From a virus, in IMG/VR virus record IMGVR_UViG_3300042937_001707, positions 14,985 to 78,984 of that record: a stretch of DNA of 64,000 bases, one strand, 5' to 3'. Of this stretch, positions 32,601-42,317 are shown piece after piece. The notes beneath the pieces were generated by a model. That model was given only the letters and a program-made list of their open reading frames with translations. It did no database searches and was not told the origin of the DNA. The position numbers and the translations under genes were made by a program. Position 1 is the stretch's first letter. Every line of letters starts with the position of its first letter.

Positions 32601-32652
32601 GGATATAACGGCAGAAAGAAAAGATGTACCTTCATTAATAGTAGAGGAATAA
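29605..32652 (+). CDS. Tail fibre with TQNT coiled-coil repeats and putative C-terminal chaperone domain
   Basis: VENLNVDLLDG, DKLDGEHGSYY, VEDKNITL; ends KSFDIVHPS...LRYGSLESPYHGVRLTG...AERKDV. Confidence 0.75.
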   Translation: MSTKKFTTRHGIDANYQDIVSANNVSTNTLTALVSTGTPPLTVSSTTKVENLNVDLLDGYNTATSNAANTVVVRDANSFISLNGLYMNSSEGLKNISWNNTYSTYDMELLNGVTLQVGQESHIYGRATETIQNGKIVMFAGAQGDGLLLRLANTQVTGFEPRWIVGVATQTIPQNNWGYVTWFGKVNDVDTYNYSLGDILYLDNNNPGAFSNTRPTAPDYAITLAAVVRVSNSPSSNNGILMVRPDFGYELSEARDVKITNISANDVIIWSANNRWENKPQSNLDVGNSDKLDGEHGSYYTGYTDTANTNNLIYTNNVINSNVTLLQGINTTQNTNISNLTSWLSSNVSLIAGVDNTQNTNILSIQEVDNTQNTRLTVIEGVDVTQNTNISNLTSWLSSNVSLIAGVDNTQNTRLTVIEGVDVTQNTFTQAAFTHANAAFLSSNTKFSSSGGTITGDVVITGNVAVQGTTTTLDVDTIAVEDKNITLANVASPTNITADGGGITVRGTTDKTWNWINATSSWTSSENIDIASGKTYKINGIDVLTSTTISNIQGVDNTQNTRLTVIEGTDVTQNTNITNLTSWLSSNNTLQTNINATQNTSITAAFIQANSAYNQANTTNTNASNASNLTTGTIPGDRGVTAGSTTPSFIEYNGTTKTAGQFDGGSTAPTNTTRLNYDGNLYATTFYGEGTGLTGTASNLTANVANFEVITNATSGTYYPQLVSATSGTLAGYTNNAFAFDVANGRFGIATTTPTTKLHITESAGACVPILTLDNSSGWATGINFKVNYSGYTTSRIVYDFYGSEFAGLSHGMNYVSGRPSNSNHWFRDSANNIQLAILNSGNVVIGSNTTNYKFEVVGTAKANTLTLTANTASTNTTTGTLIVTGGVGISGALNATTKSFDIVHPSDPNKRLRYGSLESPYHGVRLTGKGKVINGKGVVTLPYYFRDLVHEEDVNIQLTNIKHGKVLWVEDINIKENRFTVGIDETTSIFTKEYEFFWDITAERKDVPSLIVEE
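30570..31420 (+). repeat. Repeated NTQNT(N/R) coiled-coil units
   Basis: An identical copy of about 75 bp at 30610-30684 and 30769-30843; further copies near 31260-31420. Confidence 0.85.
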
Positions 32653-32653
32653 T

Positions 32654-35023
32654 ATGGCAACTGCATATAATAGTAAACTTGTTACTGATAATTTGGTATT
32701 ATGTATAGATGCTGCTAATCCAAAAAGTTATCCAGGAACTGGAAATAATTGGTTTAATTTAGTAAAAGGCAATCGTTCAGAAACTATATCCGGAGAAACC
32801 ACTACAAATTTAATGTATTCTTCCGGAACTTTTGTTGGGTCTATTGGAACATTAACGGGTTCTTTTTCAGTGACAACTGTAGAGGCAAATAGTAAATATC
32901 GCGTTCAGTGTAACACTAGTGGGCTAATTAGAATATCAATTCCTAATGGTTTGTTAGTAAACAACCAAACATATACATTATCATACAAATATAAAGTCAT
33001 TTCTGGATTAACCAACTTTTTAATAAACGATTTTTGTGATGTTAATGTTGGCGACAGATTAATTATAGATACAGGCGATTATATTTTTGCTTCAGCAACG
33101 GCGAAAAGAATTACTTATGATTCGACATATAGATTTTTTGATACACCAACATTTCAAGTTGGTGATATTATAGATATTTGGGATATACAAGTAGAACAAA
33201 AAACGTATCCGACTGTTTTTGTAAATGGTATAAGATCCTCTGCAACATCAAATCAAATTTTAACTGGCGGAAATCAAAATTCAGATTTAATCAATGGTCC
33301 ATCATACCAATCTCAAGGGGTAATTGTGTTCGATGGCGTTGATGATTACGTTAAACAAAACCCTATGGCGTTTAAATCAGGAAGTGGGTGGACTCTATCG
33401 TGTTGGATAAGTCCTGTATTTAATTCCACTAAAATAGGAGCTTCTGTATTTTATGCTGTTGAAGGTAATTATCTAGGATACCCTTGTTCTGTCCCACTAA
33501 CAACTCAAACGGATACTACATATATAACACCTAAAAGCTCAATAGGTAGCACTTTTTATATTTGTTCTAACTATGTAACCAATTTTGTTGGTTCAGAAAG
33601 AATCCCTAAAATTTTTAAGATGAATTCTATTTTCACAGCGGTCGATCAAGGATTTAATACAGGTTCTGTAGGATACCTATCCACTCCAGTTCACATAACA
33701 GCATCTACATATTATTCTGGGAAAATATATGTATGCGAAAACCTTAGCCAATATAGTAAATATGGAAAAATAGGATTCAAACGATATAATTCTGATGGAT
33801 CGTTAGATACTGGTTTCGGAACATCTACTTCTGGATTTAATTTTTCTACGGCATTTTCCGCAGAAGACAGTTCAGGAAATATTTATGTTGTTGGCTCCTT
33901 TACTTCTTATAACGGAACCGCAGCAAACCGAATTATTAAATTAAACACTGACGGTTCAATAGATACTTCTTTTGTTTATGGTACTGGGTTTAATAATGTA
34001 GTAACAGCAATTTACATAGATCCAATTAATGGAGGCATATATGTTATAGGAAATTTTACTTCTTATAACGGAACCGCAGCAAACCGAATTATTAAATTAA
34101 CCTCTACTGGGTCGATAGATGCTTCTTTTGTTTATGGTACTGGGTTTAATGATCAAGTCCTTTGTATAGAGTTTGACGAAAACGGAGATTTATATGTTGG
34201 GGGAGGGTTCACTACATATAATGGAACGGCAGTAAATCGCATGGTTAAATTAACCTCTACTGGGTCGATAGATGCTTCTTTTGTTTATGGTACTGGGTTT
34301 AATGGTGTTGTTAGATCAATATCATACAGTTATGACTTTTCATGGTTATATGTTGGGGGAGCGTTTACTACATATAACGGAACCGCAGCAAACCGAATAA
34401 TTACATTAAACACTGACGGGTCAATAGAAACTTCTTTTGTTTATGGTACTGGGTTTGACGGTGCTGTGCTTTCTATATTAGCAGATAGTTCAGGTTTGTT
34501 ATATGTTGGTGGCTCATTCACTACATATCAAGGCAGTGCTGTAAGTAGATTCGTAGGATTAGACATATATGATGGGACTTTTGTAACAGACATATTTGGT
34601 CTTACTTCTGATTTTGAATCTTGTGTAAATCTATCTACAAATTTTTATAATATCAGATATTTAGATGGGTTTGTATTTGCGTGGGTTAACAAAACACCTG
34701 TAGACTTAACTATTATCGGAGCATCGCAAACAATTTTAACAGCCAATGAATTATATGACATTTTTGACGGGAATACCACTATAAATTTAGTGGAATCTAT
34801 GGATACTAATTCTACCTATAAAGCATATTTAAACGGACAATTAGTATGTGAAATTCCAAATGTAGAAAATTCTGGTATTCTTTTATATAATTTGTTTAAT
34901 GACATTTCAACGTCATCTAAATTTCAAGGGAAAGCTTCTAATATTTCTGTATACAGCAAAGCATTATCCGCCACAGAAATTCAACAAAACTTCAACGCTA
35001 CAAGGAGCAGATATGGAATATAA
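32654..35023 (+). CDS. LamG/concanavalin-like protein with inserted delta-60-type beta-propeller repeats
   Basis: LVLCIDAANPKSYPG N-terminus; FDGVDDY; repeats IYVVGSFTSYNGTAANRIIKLNTDGSIDTSF; C-terminal YSKALSATEIQQNFNATRSRYGI. Confidence 0.75.
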   Translation: MATAYNSKLVTDNLVLCIDAANPKSYPGTGNNWFNLVKGNRSETISGETTTNLMYSSGTFVGSIGTLTGSFSVTTVEANSKYRVQCNTSGLIRISIPNGLLVNNQTYTLSYKYKVISGLTNFLINDFCDVNVGDRLIIDTGDYIFASATAKRITYDSTYRFFDTPTFQVGDIIDIWDIQVEQKTYPTVFVNGIRSSATSNQILTGGNQNSDLINGPSYQSQGVIVFDGVDDYVKQNPMAFKSGSGWTLSCWISPVFNSTKIGASVFYAVEGNYLGYPCSVPLTTQTDTTYITPKSSIGSTFYICSNYVTNFVGSERIPKIFKMNSIFTAVDQGFNTGSVGYLSTPVHITASTYYSGKIYVCENLSQYSKYGKIGFKRYNSDGSLDTGFGTSTSGFNFSTAFSAEDSSGNIYVVGSFTSYNGTAANRIIKLNTDGSIDTSFVYGTGFNNVVTAIYIDPINGGIYVIGNFTSYNGTAANRIIKLTSTGSIDASFVYGTGFNDQVLCIEFDENGDLYVGGGFTTYNGTAVNRMVKLTSTGSIDASFVYGTGFNGVVRSISYSYDFSWLYVGGAFTTYNGTAANRIITLNTDGSIETSFVYGTGFDGAVLSILADSSGLLYVGGSFTTYQGSAVSRFVGLDIYDGTFVTDIFGLTSDFESCVNLSTNFYNIRYLDGFVFAWVNKTPVDLTIIGASQTILTANELYDIFDGNTTINLVESMDTNSTYKAYLNGQLVCEIPNVENSGILLYNLFNDISTSSKFQGKASNISVYSKALSATEIQQNFNATRSRYGI
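33880..34560 (+). repeat. About 52-aa delta-60-like tandem repeats
   Basis: Four copies of cttcttttgtttatggtactgggttt; acggaaccgcagcaaaccgaat is also repeated. Confidence 0.85.
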
Positions 35024-35267
35024 TGATAGAAATTTTATAATCTTTCCAACTTCGGAATTATCAAAAGTTGATTTTAGTCAAGTATTAGAAACTTCTGCCG
35101 AAACGGTTAGACGTTCTGTGGATGGTTCCAAAACGTTTGTTAAATGGGATGGAGAACAGCCAGAATTTGTTTCTACTTTGGAGAATACAGAAGGTCCGTA
35201 TACTTACGAAGAAATATTAGAAATATTAAATGGATTAGAATGGACTGCTCCAATGGAGGAAATGTAA
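35013..35267 (+). CDS. Small conserved hypothetical protein between the LamG genes
   Basis: Start moved to ATG 35013 (AAGGAG SD); VDFSQVLETSAETVRRSVDGSKTFVKW...YTYEEILEIL...W. Confidence 0.75.
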   Translation: MEYNDRNFIIFPTSELSKVDFSQVLETSAETVRRSVDGSKTFVKWDGEQPEFVSTLENTEGPYTYEEILEILNGLEWTAPMEEM

Positions 35268-36005
35268 GTGAGTTTGGGTCACGGAGCAAGTATTGTTACT
35301 AATGGATTAGTTTTATGTTTAGATGCTGCTAATCCAAAAAGTTATCCTGGATCAGGTGCTGTTTGGTATGATTTGAGTGGAAATGGTAATCACGCTTCTT
35401 TAGTAAATGGACCAGTTTATTCTACAGAAAATAATGGCAAATTTGTATTAGACGGAATAAATGATTATGTAGAAACGATTAATCCTCTAAATTTATCAAC
35501 AACCAATGCGGTAACAGTTTTATTTTCAGTAAAAGTATTATCCTATGGGACTTCTCCAAAAGTTCTATATGAATTAGGTCCAAATTTTAACAGTTATACC
35601 GATTGTTTTGTAGCATCATTTTCTGATAATTCTGTTGGAGCGAATTATGATATTTTTGCTAGTGTTAGAGGAAATGTTGGATATAATATAGGAGTATATT
35701 CTAAAACTTTATTAAACGATTCCAATTGGCATTCTAATATTATAATACACGACACTTCACAAACTTCCAAAGAAAATCTTATATACAGCAACGGTGTTAT
35801 AAAAGACGAAATATCTAACCCCCTTTCTGGATATGCTAATAATACTAATAATTTCGGTAACAGAAAATTTTATATAGGTTGTAGGGGAGGAGCTAGTTTG
35901 TTTGGCAATATTGAAATATCGAGTGTTATGGCGTATAACAGAGCATTATCCGCAGCAGAAATTCAACAAAATTTTAACGCTTCTCGCAATCGCTTCGGGA
36001 TATAA
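35268..36005 (+). CDS. LamG/concanavalin-like lectin protein
   Basis: LVLCLDAANPKSYPGSG..WYDLSGNGN, LDGINDY, YNRALSAAEIQQNFNA; paralogous to 32654..35023. Confidence 0.8.
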   Translation: MSLGHGASIVTNGLVLCLDAANPKSYPGSGAVWYDLSGNGNHASLVNGPVYSTENNGKFVLDGINDYVETINPLNLSTTNAVTVLFSVKVLSYGTSPKVLYELGPNFNSYTDCFVASFSDNSVGANYDIFASVRGNVGYNIGVYSKTLLNDSNWHSNIIIHDTSQTSKENLIYSNGVIKDEISNPLSGYANNTNNFGNRKFYIGCRGGASLFGNIEISSVMAYNRALSAAEIQQNFNASRNRFGI

Positions 36006-36008
36006 ATA
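36001..36008 (+). promoter_or_regulatory. T4-type late promoter heading the collagen/modifier operon
   Basis: TATAAATA overlapping the upstream stop codon. Confidence 0.8.
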
Positions 36009-36038
36009 GTTAAATAACAACTCCTTAGAGAATACCAA

Positions 36039-36659
36039 ATGGCATTAAACGAACAAAATATAGTAATTCAACCTAATGTTGGTATAGCAAATACTAACCC
36101 AAAAATTACGTTTTCCGCAGCAGACGCATCAACAAATGCTAAGAATATTGTTCTTAATGTATACCCAACTTCAAACGGAACACTTTCTTTTGAAGGTAAC
36201 GCCGGACAATTATTCTCTATCACAGACTCAATGTCTGGAACAATATTCTCTGTTAATGATATTTCTGGTATTCCTTCTATAGAAGTTTTAGACACTGGAT
36301 TAGTAAAACTTGCCCAATATTCTGGCGACGTTCAAATCGGACCTTCTACAGTTTTAATTTCGGAAAATTATACTACCACAACCACAAATCAAATTACACT
36401 AGACAGCTTTCCCGCAGCAACATATAGAACAGCAACTTATGAAGTGCAAATGACTTCATCTACAAATTATCATACAATAACACTAAAACTAATACATAAC
36501 GGCACAACAGTTTATCTCGCTCAATATGGAGAAATATTCACAAATGCTTCTCTAGGAACATTTGATGCTACAATTACTTCCGGTAATATGAATTTATTAT
36601 TTACTCCAACCAATGCTACTACCGTAGTAAAATTAACAAGACAACTAATCTTGGTATAA
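36039..36659 (+). CDS. Fibre adaptor/structural protein
   Basis: LSFEGNAGQLFSITDSMSGTIFSVNDISGIPSIEV; C-terminal domain paralogous to that of 27789..28793. Confidence 0.65.
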   Translation: MALNEQNIVIQPNVGIANTNPKITFSAADASTNAKNIVLNVYPTSNGTLSFEGNAGQLFSITDSMSGTIFSVNDISGIPSIEVLDTGLVKLAQYSGDVQIGPSTVLISENYTTTTTNQITLDSFPAATYRTATYEVQMTSSTNYHTITLKLIHNGTTVYLAQYGEIFTNASLGTFDATITSGNMNLLFTPTNATTVVKLTRQLILV

Positions 36660-36660
36660 A

Positions 36661-38349
36661 ATGGCAACAAATAAACCCTTTGAAATAAAAAACGGATTAA
36701 TTGTTGGGGATACTCTTGTCGCAAATTCAACTGGTCATTGGGTAGGTCCATCAACAAATATAACCGGAGATCAAGGATTTCAAGGAAATATTGGGATAAC
36801 TGGAAATGTTGGATTTACTGGAATAGCAGGATTCCAAGGTAGACAAGGAGTACAAGGTTCTACTGGTCCTCAAGGCGTACAAGGTGCTTTGGGTGCTACT
36901 GGTAATATTGGAGTTCAGGGTGCTATCGGAATAGCAGGATTTCAAGGTAGGCAGGGCGTTCAAGGTTCTACTGGTCCTCAAGGCGTACAAGGCGTGGTTG
37001 GTGCTACTGGAAATGCTGGAGTTCAGGGCGCTATCGGAATATCAGGATTTCAAGGTAGACAAGGAATACAAGGTTCTACTGGTCCTCAAGGCGTTCAGGG
37101 AGCAGTTGGTGCTACTGGAAATAGTGGAATAGCAGGATTCCAAGGCAGACAAGGGTTTCAAGGCACACAAGGTCCACAGGGACCACAAGGAGTTCAGGGA
37201 GCAGTTGGTGCTACTGGTAATGCTGGTGTGCAAGGTGCTATTGGAATAGCAGGATTTCAAGGTAGACAAGGAATACAAGGTTCTACTGGACCACAAGGAG
37301 CACAAGGCGCTGTAGGTGCTACTGGTAATGTTGGTGTGCAAGGTGCTATTGGAATAGCAGGATTTCAAGGCAGACAAGGGTTTCAAGGTTCTACTGGTCC
37401 ACAAGGAGCACAAGGCGCTGTAGGTGCTACTGGTAATGCTGGAATAGCAGGATTTCAAGGAAGACAAGGATTCCAAGGCGCACAAGGACCACAAGGACCA
37501 CAAGGCGTTCAAGGCGCTGTTGGTGCTACTGGTAATACTGGAGTTCAGGGTGCTATTGGAATAGCAGGATTCCAAGGTAGACAAGGAGTCCAAGGTCCAC
37601 AGGGACCACAAGGTGTACAAGGTGCTGTTGGCGCTACTGGACCGCAAGGAGTTCAAGGGACAGTTGGAATAGCAGGATTTCAAGGTAGACAAGGAGTCCA
37701 AGGTCCACAGGGACCACAAGGCGTACAGGGAGCAGTTGGCGCCACTGGTCCTCAAGGGGTTGCTGGAATAGCAGGATTCCAAGGCAGACAAGGATTCCAA
37801 GGCGCACAAGGTCCGCAAGGAGCACAAGGAGCACAAGGCGCTGTAGGTGCTACTGGTCCTCAAGGAGTTGCTGGAATAGCAGGATTCCAAGGCAGACAAG
37901 GATTCCAAGGAGCAAATTTAATAATTCCTGCCAATAATCTTAGTACATTAGGAGTAAATGCTGCACTTGGCGGAACTGGAGAAATACGAGCATCTGGAAA
38001 TATCATAGCAGCATACTCAGATCAAAGATTAAAGAAAAATATAAACAAAATTGAAAATTGTTTAGAAAAAGTATTAAGTATAAGTGGAATTTATTTTACT
38101 CAAAATAAGTTAGCAGAAAAGTTTGGATATAACGATTATAGTAAAAAAATAGGATTGATAGCACAGCAAATAAAACCTTTTGCTCCTGAAATAGTTAAAC
38201 CTGCTCCTTTTGATACGGATTCCGATGGAAATAGCATTTCTGGGGAAAATTACATAACAGTACAATATGAAAAATTAATTCCAATAATAGTAGAAGCTAT
38301 AAAAGAACAACAAAAGCAAATTAAAGAACTTTTAACATTAAGAAACTAA
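36661..38349 (+). CDS. Collagen-like fibre protein 1 with S74 chaperone
   Basis: 128 Gly-X-Y triplets (aa 36-419, nt 36766-37917); [10 protein letters not shown]...APFD...[14 protein letters not shown]. Confidence 0.92.
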   Translation: MATNKPFEIKNGLIVGDTLVANSTGHWVGPSTNITGDQGFQGNIGITGNVGFTGIAGFQGRQGVQGSTGPQGVQGALGATGNIGVQGAIGIAGFQGRQGVQGSTGPQGVQGVVGATGNAGVQGAIGISGFQGRQGIQGSTGPQGVQGAVGATGNSGIAGFQGRQGFQGTQGPQGPQGVQGAVGATGNAGVQGAIGIAGFQGRQGIQGSTGPQGAQGAVGATGNVGVQGAIGIAGFQGRQGFQGSTGPQGAQGAVGATGNAGIAGFQGRQGFQGAQGPQGPQGVQGAVGATGNTGVQGAIGIAGFQGRQGVQGPQGPQGVQGAVGATGPQGVQGTVGIAGFQGRQGVQGPQGPQGVQGAVGATGPQGVAGIAGFQGRQGFQGAQGPQGAQGAQGAVGATGPQGVAGIAGFQGRQGFQGANLIIPANNLSTLGVNAALGGTGEIRASGNIIAAYSDQRLKKNINKIENCLEKVLSISGIYFTQNKLAEKFGYNDYSKKIGLIAQQIKPFAPEIVKPAPFDTDSDGNSISGENYITVQYEKLIPIIVEAIKEQQKQIKELLTLRN

Positions 38350-38353
38350 TCAG

Positions 38354-40063
38354 ATGGCAGAACAATCTAAACTAATAATAAAAAATGGATTAGTTGTTGG
38401 AAATACTTCAGTTATTTCCAACAATTCTGTTTGGATTGCTTCTACAACGAACATAAAAGGTCCGCAAGGACCACAAGGATTTCAAGGCGTTCAAGGATTC
38501 CAAGGACCACAAGGAGCACAAGGACCACAAGGGTCTCAAGGAATTGCGGGAGTTACAGGACCACAAGGCATACAAGGGGTTGTTGGTAGACAAGGGTTCC
38601 AAGGTCCACAAGGATTTCAAGGAGCGCAAGGACCACAGGGAGCACAAGGTGCTGTCGGTGCTACTGGACCCCAAGGAGTTCAAGGCGCTGCAAGTTCTAT
38701 TGCAGGGTTCCAAGGTCCACAAGGGTTTCAAGGCGCTCAAGGTCCACAAGGTGCACAAGGTGCTGTCGGTGCTACTGGTCCACAAGGAGTTCAAGGAGCA
38801 ATCGGCGTAACAGGAGTCCAAGGAGTCCAAGGTCCACAGGGACCACAAGGTGCACAAGGTGCAGTTGGTGCTACTGGACCACATGGAGTTCAAGGAGCAG
38901 TTGGCATATCTGGATTCCAAGGTAGACAAGGAGTCCAAGGAGCGCAAGGACCACAGGGAGCACAAGGTGCTGTCGGTGCTACTGGACCCCAAGGAGTTCA
39001 AGGCGCTGCAAGTTCTATTGCAGGATTTCAAGGCAGACAAGGGTTTCAAGGCGCACAAGGTCCACAGGGCGCACAAGGAGCAGTTGGTATTACTGGTCCT
39101 CAAGGAGTTCAAGGAGCAATCGGCGTAACAGGAGTCCAAGGAGTCCAAGGTCCACAGGGACCACAAGGTGCACAAGGTGCAGTTGGCGTTACTGGACCAC
39201 AAGGAGTTCAAGGTGCTGCAAGTTCTATTGCAGGATTTCAAGGCAGACAAGGGTTTCAAGGCGCACAAGGTCCACAGGGCGCACAAGGAGCAGTTGGCGT
39301 TACTGGACCACAAGGAGTTCAAGGCGCTGCAAGTTCTATTGCAGGATTTCAAGGCAGACAAGGAGTCCAAGGTCCACAAGGTCCACAGGGCGCACAAGGA
39401 GCAGTTGGCGTTACTGGACCACAAGGAGTTCAAGGTGCTGCAAGTTCTATTGCAGGATTTCAAGGCAGACAAGGAGTCCAAGGTCCACAGGGACCACAAG
39501 GTGCACAAGGTGCAGTTGGCGTTACTGGACCACAAGGAGTTCAAGGAGCAGTTGGAATAGCAGGATTCCAAGGTAGACAAGGAGTCCAAGGTCCACAAGG
39601 TCCGCAGGGCGTTCAAGGGATATCTAATGTTTTGCAAACATCAGTAACTGCGTTAGGAGTTGGAACCCCAGCAGGACCAACAGGAGAAATAAGAGCAACC
39701 GGAAACATAACTTCGTATTATTCTGACATAAGGTTAAAAGATAATATAGAATCTATAAAAAATGCTAGTGAAAAATTATATCAATTAAATGGAATTTTTT
39801 ATAAACAAAATAAGTTTGCAGAAACCTTTGGATATAAAGATTATAGCAAACAAATAGGAGTTATAGCACAAGAAGTTCAAAAAATTATACCAGAAGCTGT
39901 TGCATTAGCACCATTTGATATTGATGAAAATCACAATAGCATCACAGGTTTAAATTTATTAACGGTTAATTATGAAAAATTAATTCCATTAATAATAGAA
40001 ACTATAAAAGAACAACAAAAAGAAATAGATTTATTAATAAAAGAAATAAAATATGGCAGCTAA
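38354..40063 (+). CDS. Collagen-like fibre protein 2 with S74 chaperone
   Basis: Gly-X-Y aa 36-424 (nt 38459-39625) with five GAASSIAG interruptions; [10 protein letters not shown]. Confidence 0.92.
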   Translation: MAEQSKLIIKNGLVVGNTSVISNNSVWIASTTNIKGPQGPQGFQGVQGFQGPQGAQGPQGSQGIAGVTGPQGIQGVVGRQGFQGPQGFQGAQGPQGAQGAVGATGPQGVQGAASSIAGFQGPQGFQGAQGPQGAQGAVGATGPQGVQGAIGVTGVQGVQGPQGPQGAQGAVGATGPHGVQGAVGISGFQGRQGVQGAQGPQGAQGAVGATGPQGVQGAASSIAGFQGRQGFQGAQGPQGAQGAVGITGPQGVQGAIGVTGVQGVQGPQGPQGAQGAVGVTGPQGVQGAASSIAGFQGRQGFQGAQGPQGAQGAVGVTGPQGVQGAASSIAGFQGRQGVQGPQGPQGAQGAVGVTGPQGVQGAASSIAGFQGRQGVQGPQGPQGAQGAVGVTGPQGVQGAVGIAGFQGRQGVQGPQGPQGVQGISNVLQTSVTALGVGTPAGPTGEIRATGNITSYYSDIRLKDNIESIKNASEKLYQLNGIFYKQNKFAETFGYKDYSKQIGVIAQEVQKIIPEAVALAPFDIDENHNSITGLNLLTVNYEKLIPLIIETIKEQQKEIDLLIKEIKYGS

Positions 40064-41735
40064 TAATAATTTCGTTGTAAAAAATGGCATATCTATAAAT
40101 CTAAATGAAATAATTTCATCAGAAGGCATTTGGACTGGTCCCGCTTCAAGCTATTCCGGATCACAAGGACCACAAGGAGCACAAGGACCACAAGGCGCTC
40201 AGGGTGCTGTGGGTGCTGCTGGTCCACAAGGAGTTCAAGGAGTAGAAGGATTCCAAGGTCCACAAGGATTTCAAGGCGCTCAAGGTCCACAAGGTCCACA
40301 GGGAGCACAAGGCGCAGTTGGTGCTACTGGTCCACAAGGCATACAAGGGGTGGCAGGGTTCCAAGGTCCACAAGGATTCCAAGGCGCTCAAGGTCCACAA
40401 GGTCCACAAGGCGCTCAAGGCGCAGTTGGTGCTATTGGACCACAGGGCATTCAAGGGGTAGCAGGATTTCAAGGTCCACAAGGATTTCAAGGCGCTCAAG
40501 GCGCTCAGGGTGCTGTCGGTGCTACTGGTCCTCAAGGAGTACAAGGTGCTGCAAGTTCGATTGCGGGGTTCCAAGGTCCACAAGGATTCCAAGGCGCTCA
40601 AGGTCAACAAGGACCACAAGGCGCTCAAGGCGCAGTTGGTGCTATTGGACCACAGGGCATTCAAGGGGTAGCAGGATTTCAAGGTCCACAAGGATTTCAA
40701 GGAGCGCAAGGTCCACAAGGTCCACAAGGCGCTCAAGGGGCAGTTGGCGTTACCGGACCACAAGGAGTTCAAGGGGTGGCAGGGTTCCAAGGTCCACAAG
40801 GATTTCAAGGTGCTCAAGGCGCTCAGGGTGCTGTCGGTGCTACTGGTCCTCAAGGAGTACAAGGTGCTGCAAGTTCGATTGCGGGGTTCCAAGGTAGACA
40901 AGGATTTCAAGGCGCTCAAGGTCCACAAGGACCACAAGGCGCTCAAGGCGCTGTAGGTGCTACTGGTCCTCAAGGAGTTGCTGGAATAGCAGGATTCCAA
41001 GGTAGACAAGGATTCCAAGGCGCTCAAGGTCCACAGGGCGCTCAAGGAGCACAAGGCGCTGTAGGTGCTACTGGTCCTCAAGGAGTTGCTGGAATAGCAG
41101 GATTCCAAGGTAGGCAAGGATTCCAAGGCGCTCAAGGTCCACAGGGAGCACAGGGGGCAGTTGGTGTTACTGGACCGCAAGGAGTTCAAGGAGCGGCTAG
41201 TTCAATTGCAGGATTTCAAGGCAGACAAGGAGTTCAAGGTCCACAGGGTCCACAGGGAGCACAGGGGGCAGTTGGTGCTACTGGTCCTCAAGGAGTACAA
41301 GGAGCGGCTAGCAATGTGGTAACTGAAGTTACAGCACTAGGAGTTAATACTATAGCAGGAACAACAGGAGAAATAAGAGCAACTGGACAAATTACTGCAT
41401 ATTATTCTGATAAAAGATTAAAACAAGTTTTAGGAAATGTTGACAATTGTTTAGAAAAGATAAGTAAAATACATGGTGTATATTACGAACAAAACGAATT
41501 AGCTAATTCATTTGGATATAAAGACTCTTCAAGACAAATAGGATTTATAGCACAAGAAATACAAGAAGTGCTACCAGAAGCAGTAAAAATTGCCCCTTTT
41601 GATTCTAATAAATATGGACATAGTATTTCTGGAGAAAAATATTTAACCGTACTATACTCAAAAATAGTACCGTTATTAATAGAAGCATTAAAAGAACAGA
41701 AAATACAGATAGATGAACTAAAAACAAAAAATTGA
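40053..41735 (+). CDS. Collagen-like fibre protein 3 with S74 chaperone
   Basis: Gly-X-Y aa 36-419 (nt 40158-41309) with three GAASSIAG interruptions; [10 protein letters not shown]. Confidence 0.92.
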   Translation: MAANNNFVVKNGISINLNEIISSEGIWTGPASSYSGSQGPQGAQGPQGAQGAVGAAGPQGVQGVEGFQGPQGFQGAQGPQGPQGAQGAVGATGPQGIQGVAGFQGPQGFQGAQGPQGPQGAQGAVGAIGPQGIQGVAGFQGPQGFQGAQGAQGAVGATGPQGVQGAASSIAGFQGPQGFQGAQGQQGPQGAQGAVGAIGPQGIQGVAGFQGPQGFQGAQGPQGPQGAQGAVGVTGPQGVQGVAGFQGPQGFQGAQGAQGAVGATGPQGVQGAASSIAGFQGRQGFQGAQGPQGPQGAQGAVGATGPQGVAGIAGFQGRQGFQGAQGPQGAQGAQGAVGATGPQGVAGIAGFQGRQGFQGAQGPQGAQGAVGVTGPQGVQGAASSIAGFQGRQGVQGPQGPQGAQGAVGATGPQGVQGAASNVVTEVTALGVNTIAGTTGEIRATGQITAYYSDKRLKQVLGNVDNCLEKISKIHGVYYEQNELANSFGYKDSSRQIGFIAQEIQEVLPEAVKIAPFDSNKYGHSISGEKYLTVLYSKIVPLLIEALKEQKIQIDELKTKN

Positions 41736-41743
41736 GGAATATT

Positions 41744-42316
41744 ATGAAAGGTGAATGGTGTTATTTTAAATCATATTTTGATAAAGATACTTGCGAAAAA
41801 ATAATCAGAGATGTTCAATCCATTCCATCACAAGATGCTCTTGTTGGTAATATCGATGCTTTCGCTGATTATAAAAATAGAAGAAGTAAAATAAAATTTA
41901 TTCATAGTTCAAATTGGAGATTTGCGTATATATTTGATGCATTATGGAAAGCAGCAATAAGTGCAAATAATGATTTTTTTGACATACACATTACTAGATT
42001 AAATTTCATTCAATTCGCAGAATATAGTCACGAAGACCAAGGAGAATATAAAAACCATCACGACGTTTTTTGGTTAAACAATGATCCCGTTTATCATAGA
42101 AAACTTTCTTGTGTAATCCAACTATCAGACTCTACTGAATATGAAGGTGGAGATTTTGAGTTAGTAGATGTATCAACATATCCTGATGCTTCTGAGATTA
42201 GGCAACAAGGATCGACTATATTTTTTCCTTCATTTTTTACACATAGAGCAAATCCAGTAATAAGAGGAACTAGATATAGTATTGCTGCATGGTTTGAAGG
42301 TCCGAAATGGAGATAA
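41744..42316 (+). CDS. 2OG-Fe(II) oxygenase (prolyl-hydroxylase-like)
   Basis: HHD...RKLSCVIQLS..EYEGGDF...FPSFFTHRANPVIRGTRYSIAAW: HxD...H iron triad and RxS 2OG-binding motif. Start at ATG 41744 after GAGG. Confidence 0.88.
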   Translation: MKGEWCYFKSYFDKDTCEKIIRDVQSIPSQDALVGNIDAFADYKNRRSKIKFIHSSNWRFAYIFDALWKAAISANNDFFDIHITRLNFIQFAEYSHEDQGEYKNHHDVFWLNNDPVYHRKLSCVIQLSDSTEYEGGDFELVDVSTYPDASEIRQQGSTIFFPSFFTHRANPVIRGTRYSIAAWFEGPKWR

Positions 42317-42317
42317 T

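Noticed and set aside
4153-32652. Apparent abundance of N-x-S/T glycosylation sequons in structural proteins
   Set aside because: Rough counts are close to what the high N, S and T content predicts. A shuffle test would be needed, and no oligosaccharyltransferase is visible.
32654-36005. Diversity-generating retroelement (TR/VR pair) among the paralogous fibre ends
   Set aside because: There is no reverse transcriptase in the window, the repeats are all in coding sequence, and the differences are not adenine-specific.
36751-41189. Long alternative-frame and antisense ORFs over the collagen genes (e.g. 37042..37908 -, 38408..39637 -, 40130..40897 +, 40161..41189 -)
   Set aside because: These are shadows of the repetitive GGN-NNN-CAA codon pattern, with low-complexity products and no SD or promoter support.
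19840-41309. CRISPR-like arrays
   Set aside because: All repeats are in-frame protein repeats without unique spacers, and there are no cas genes.
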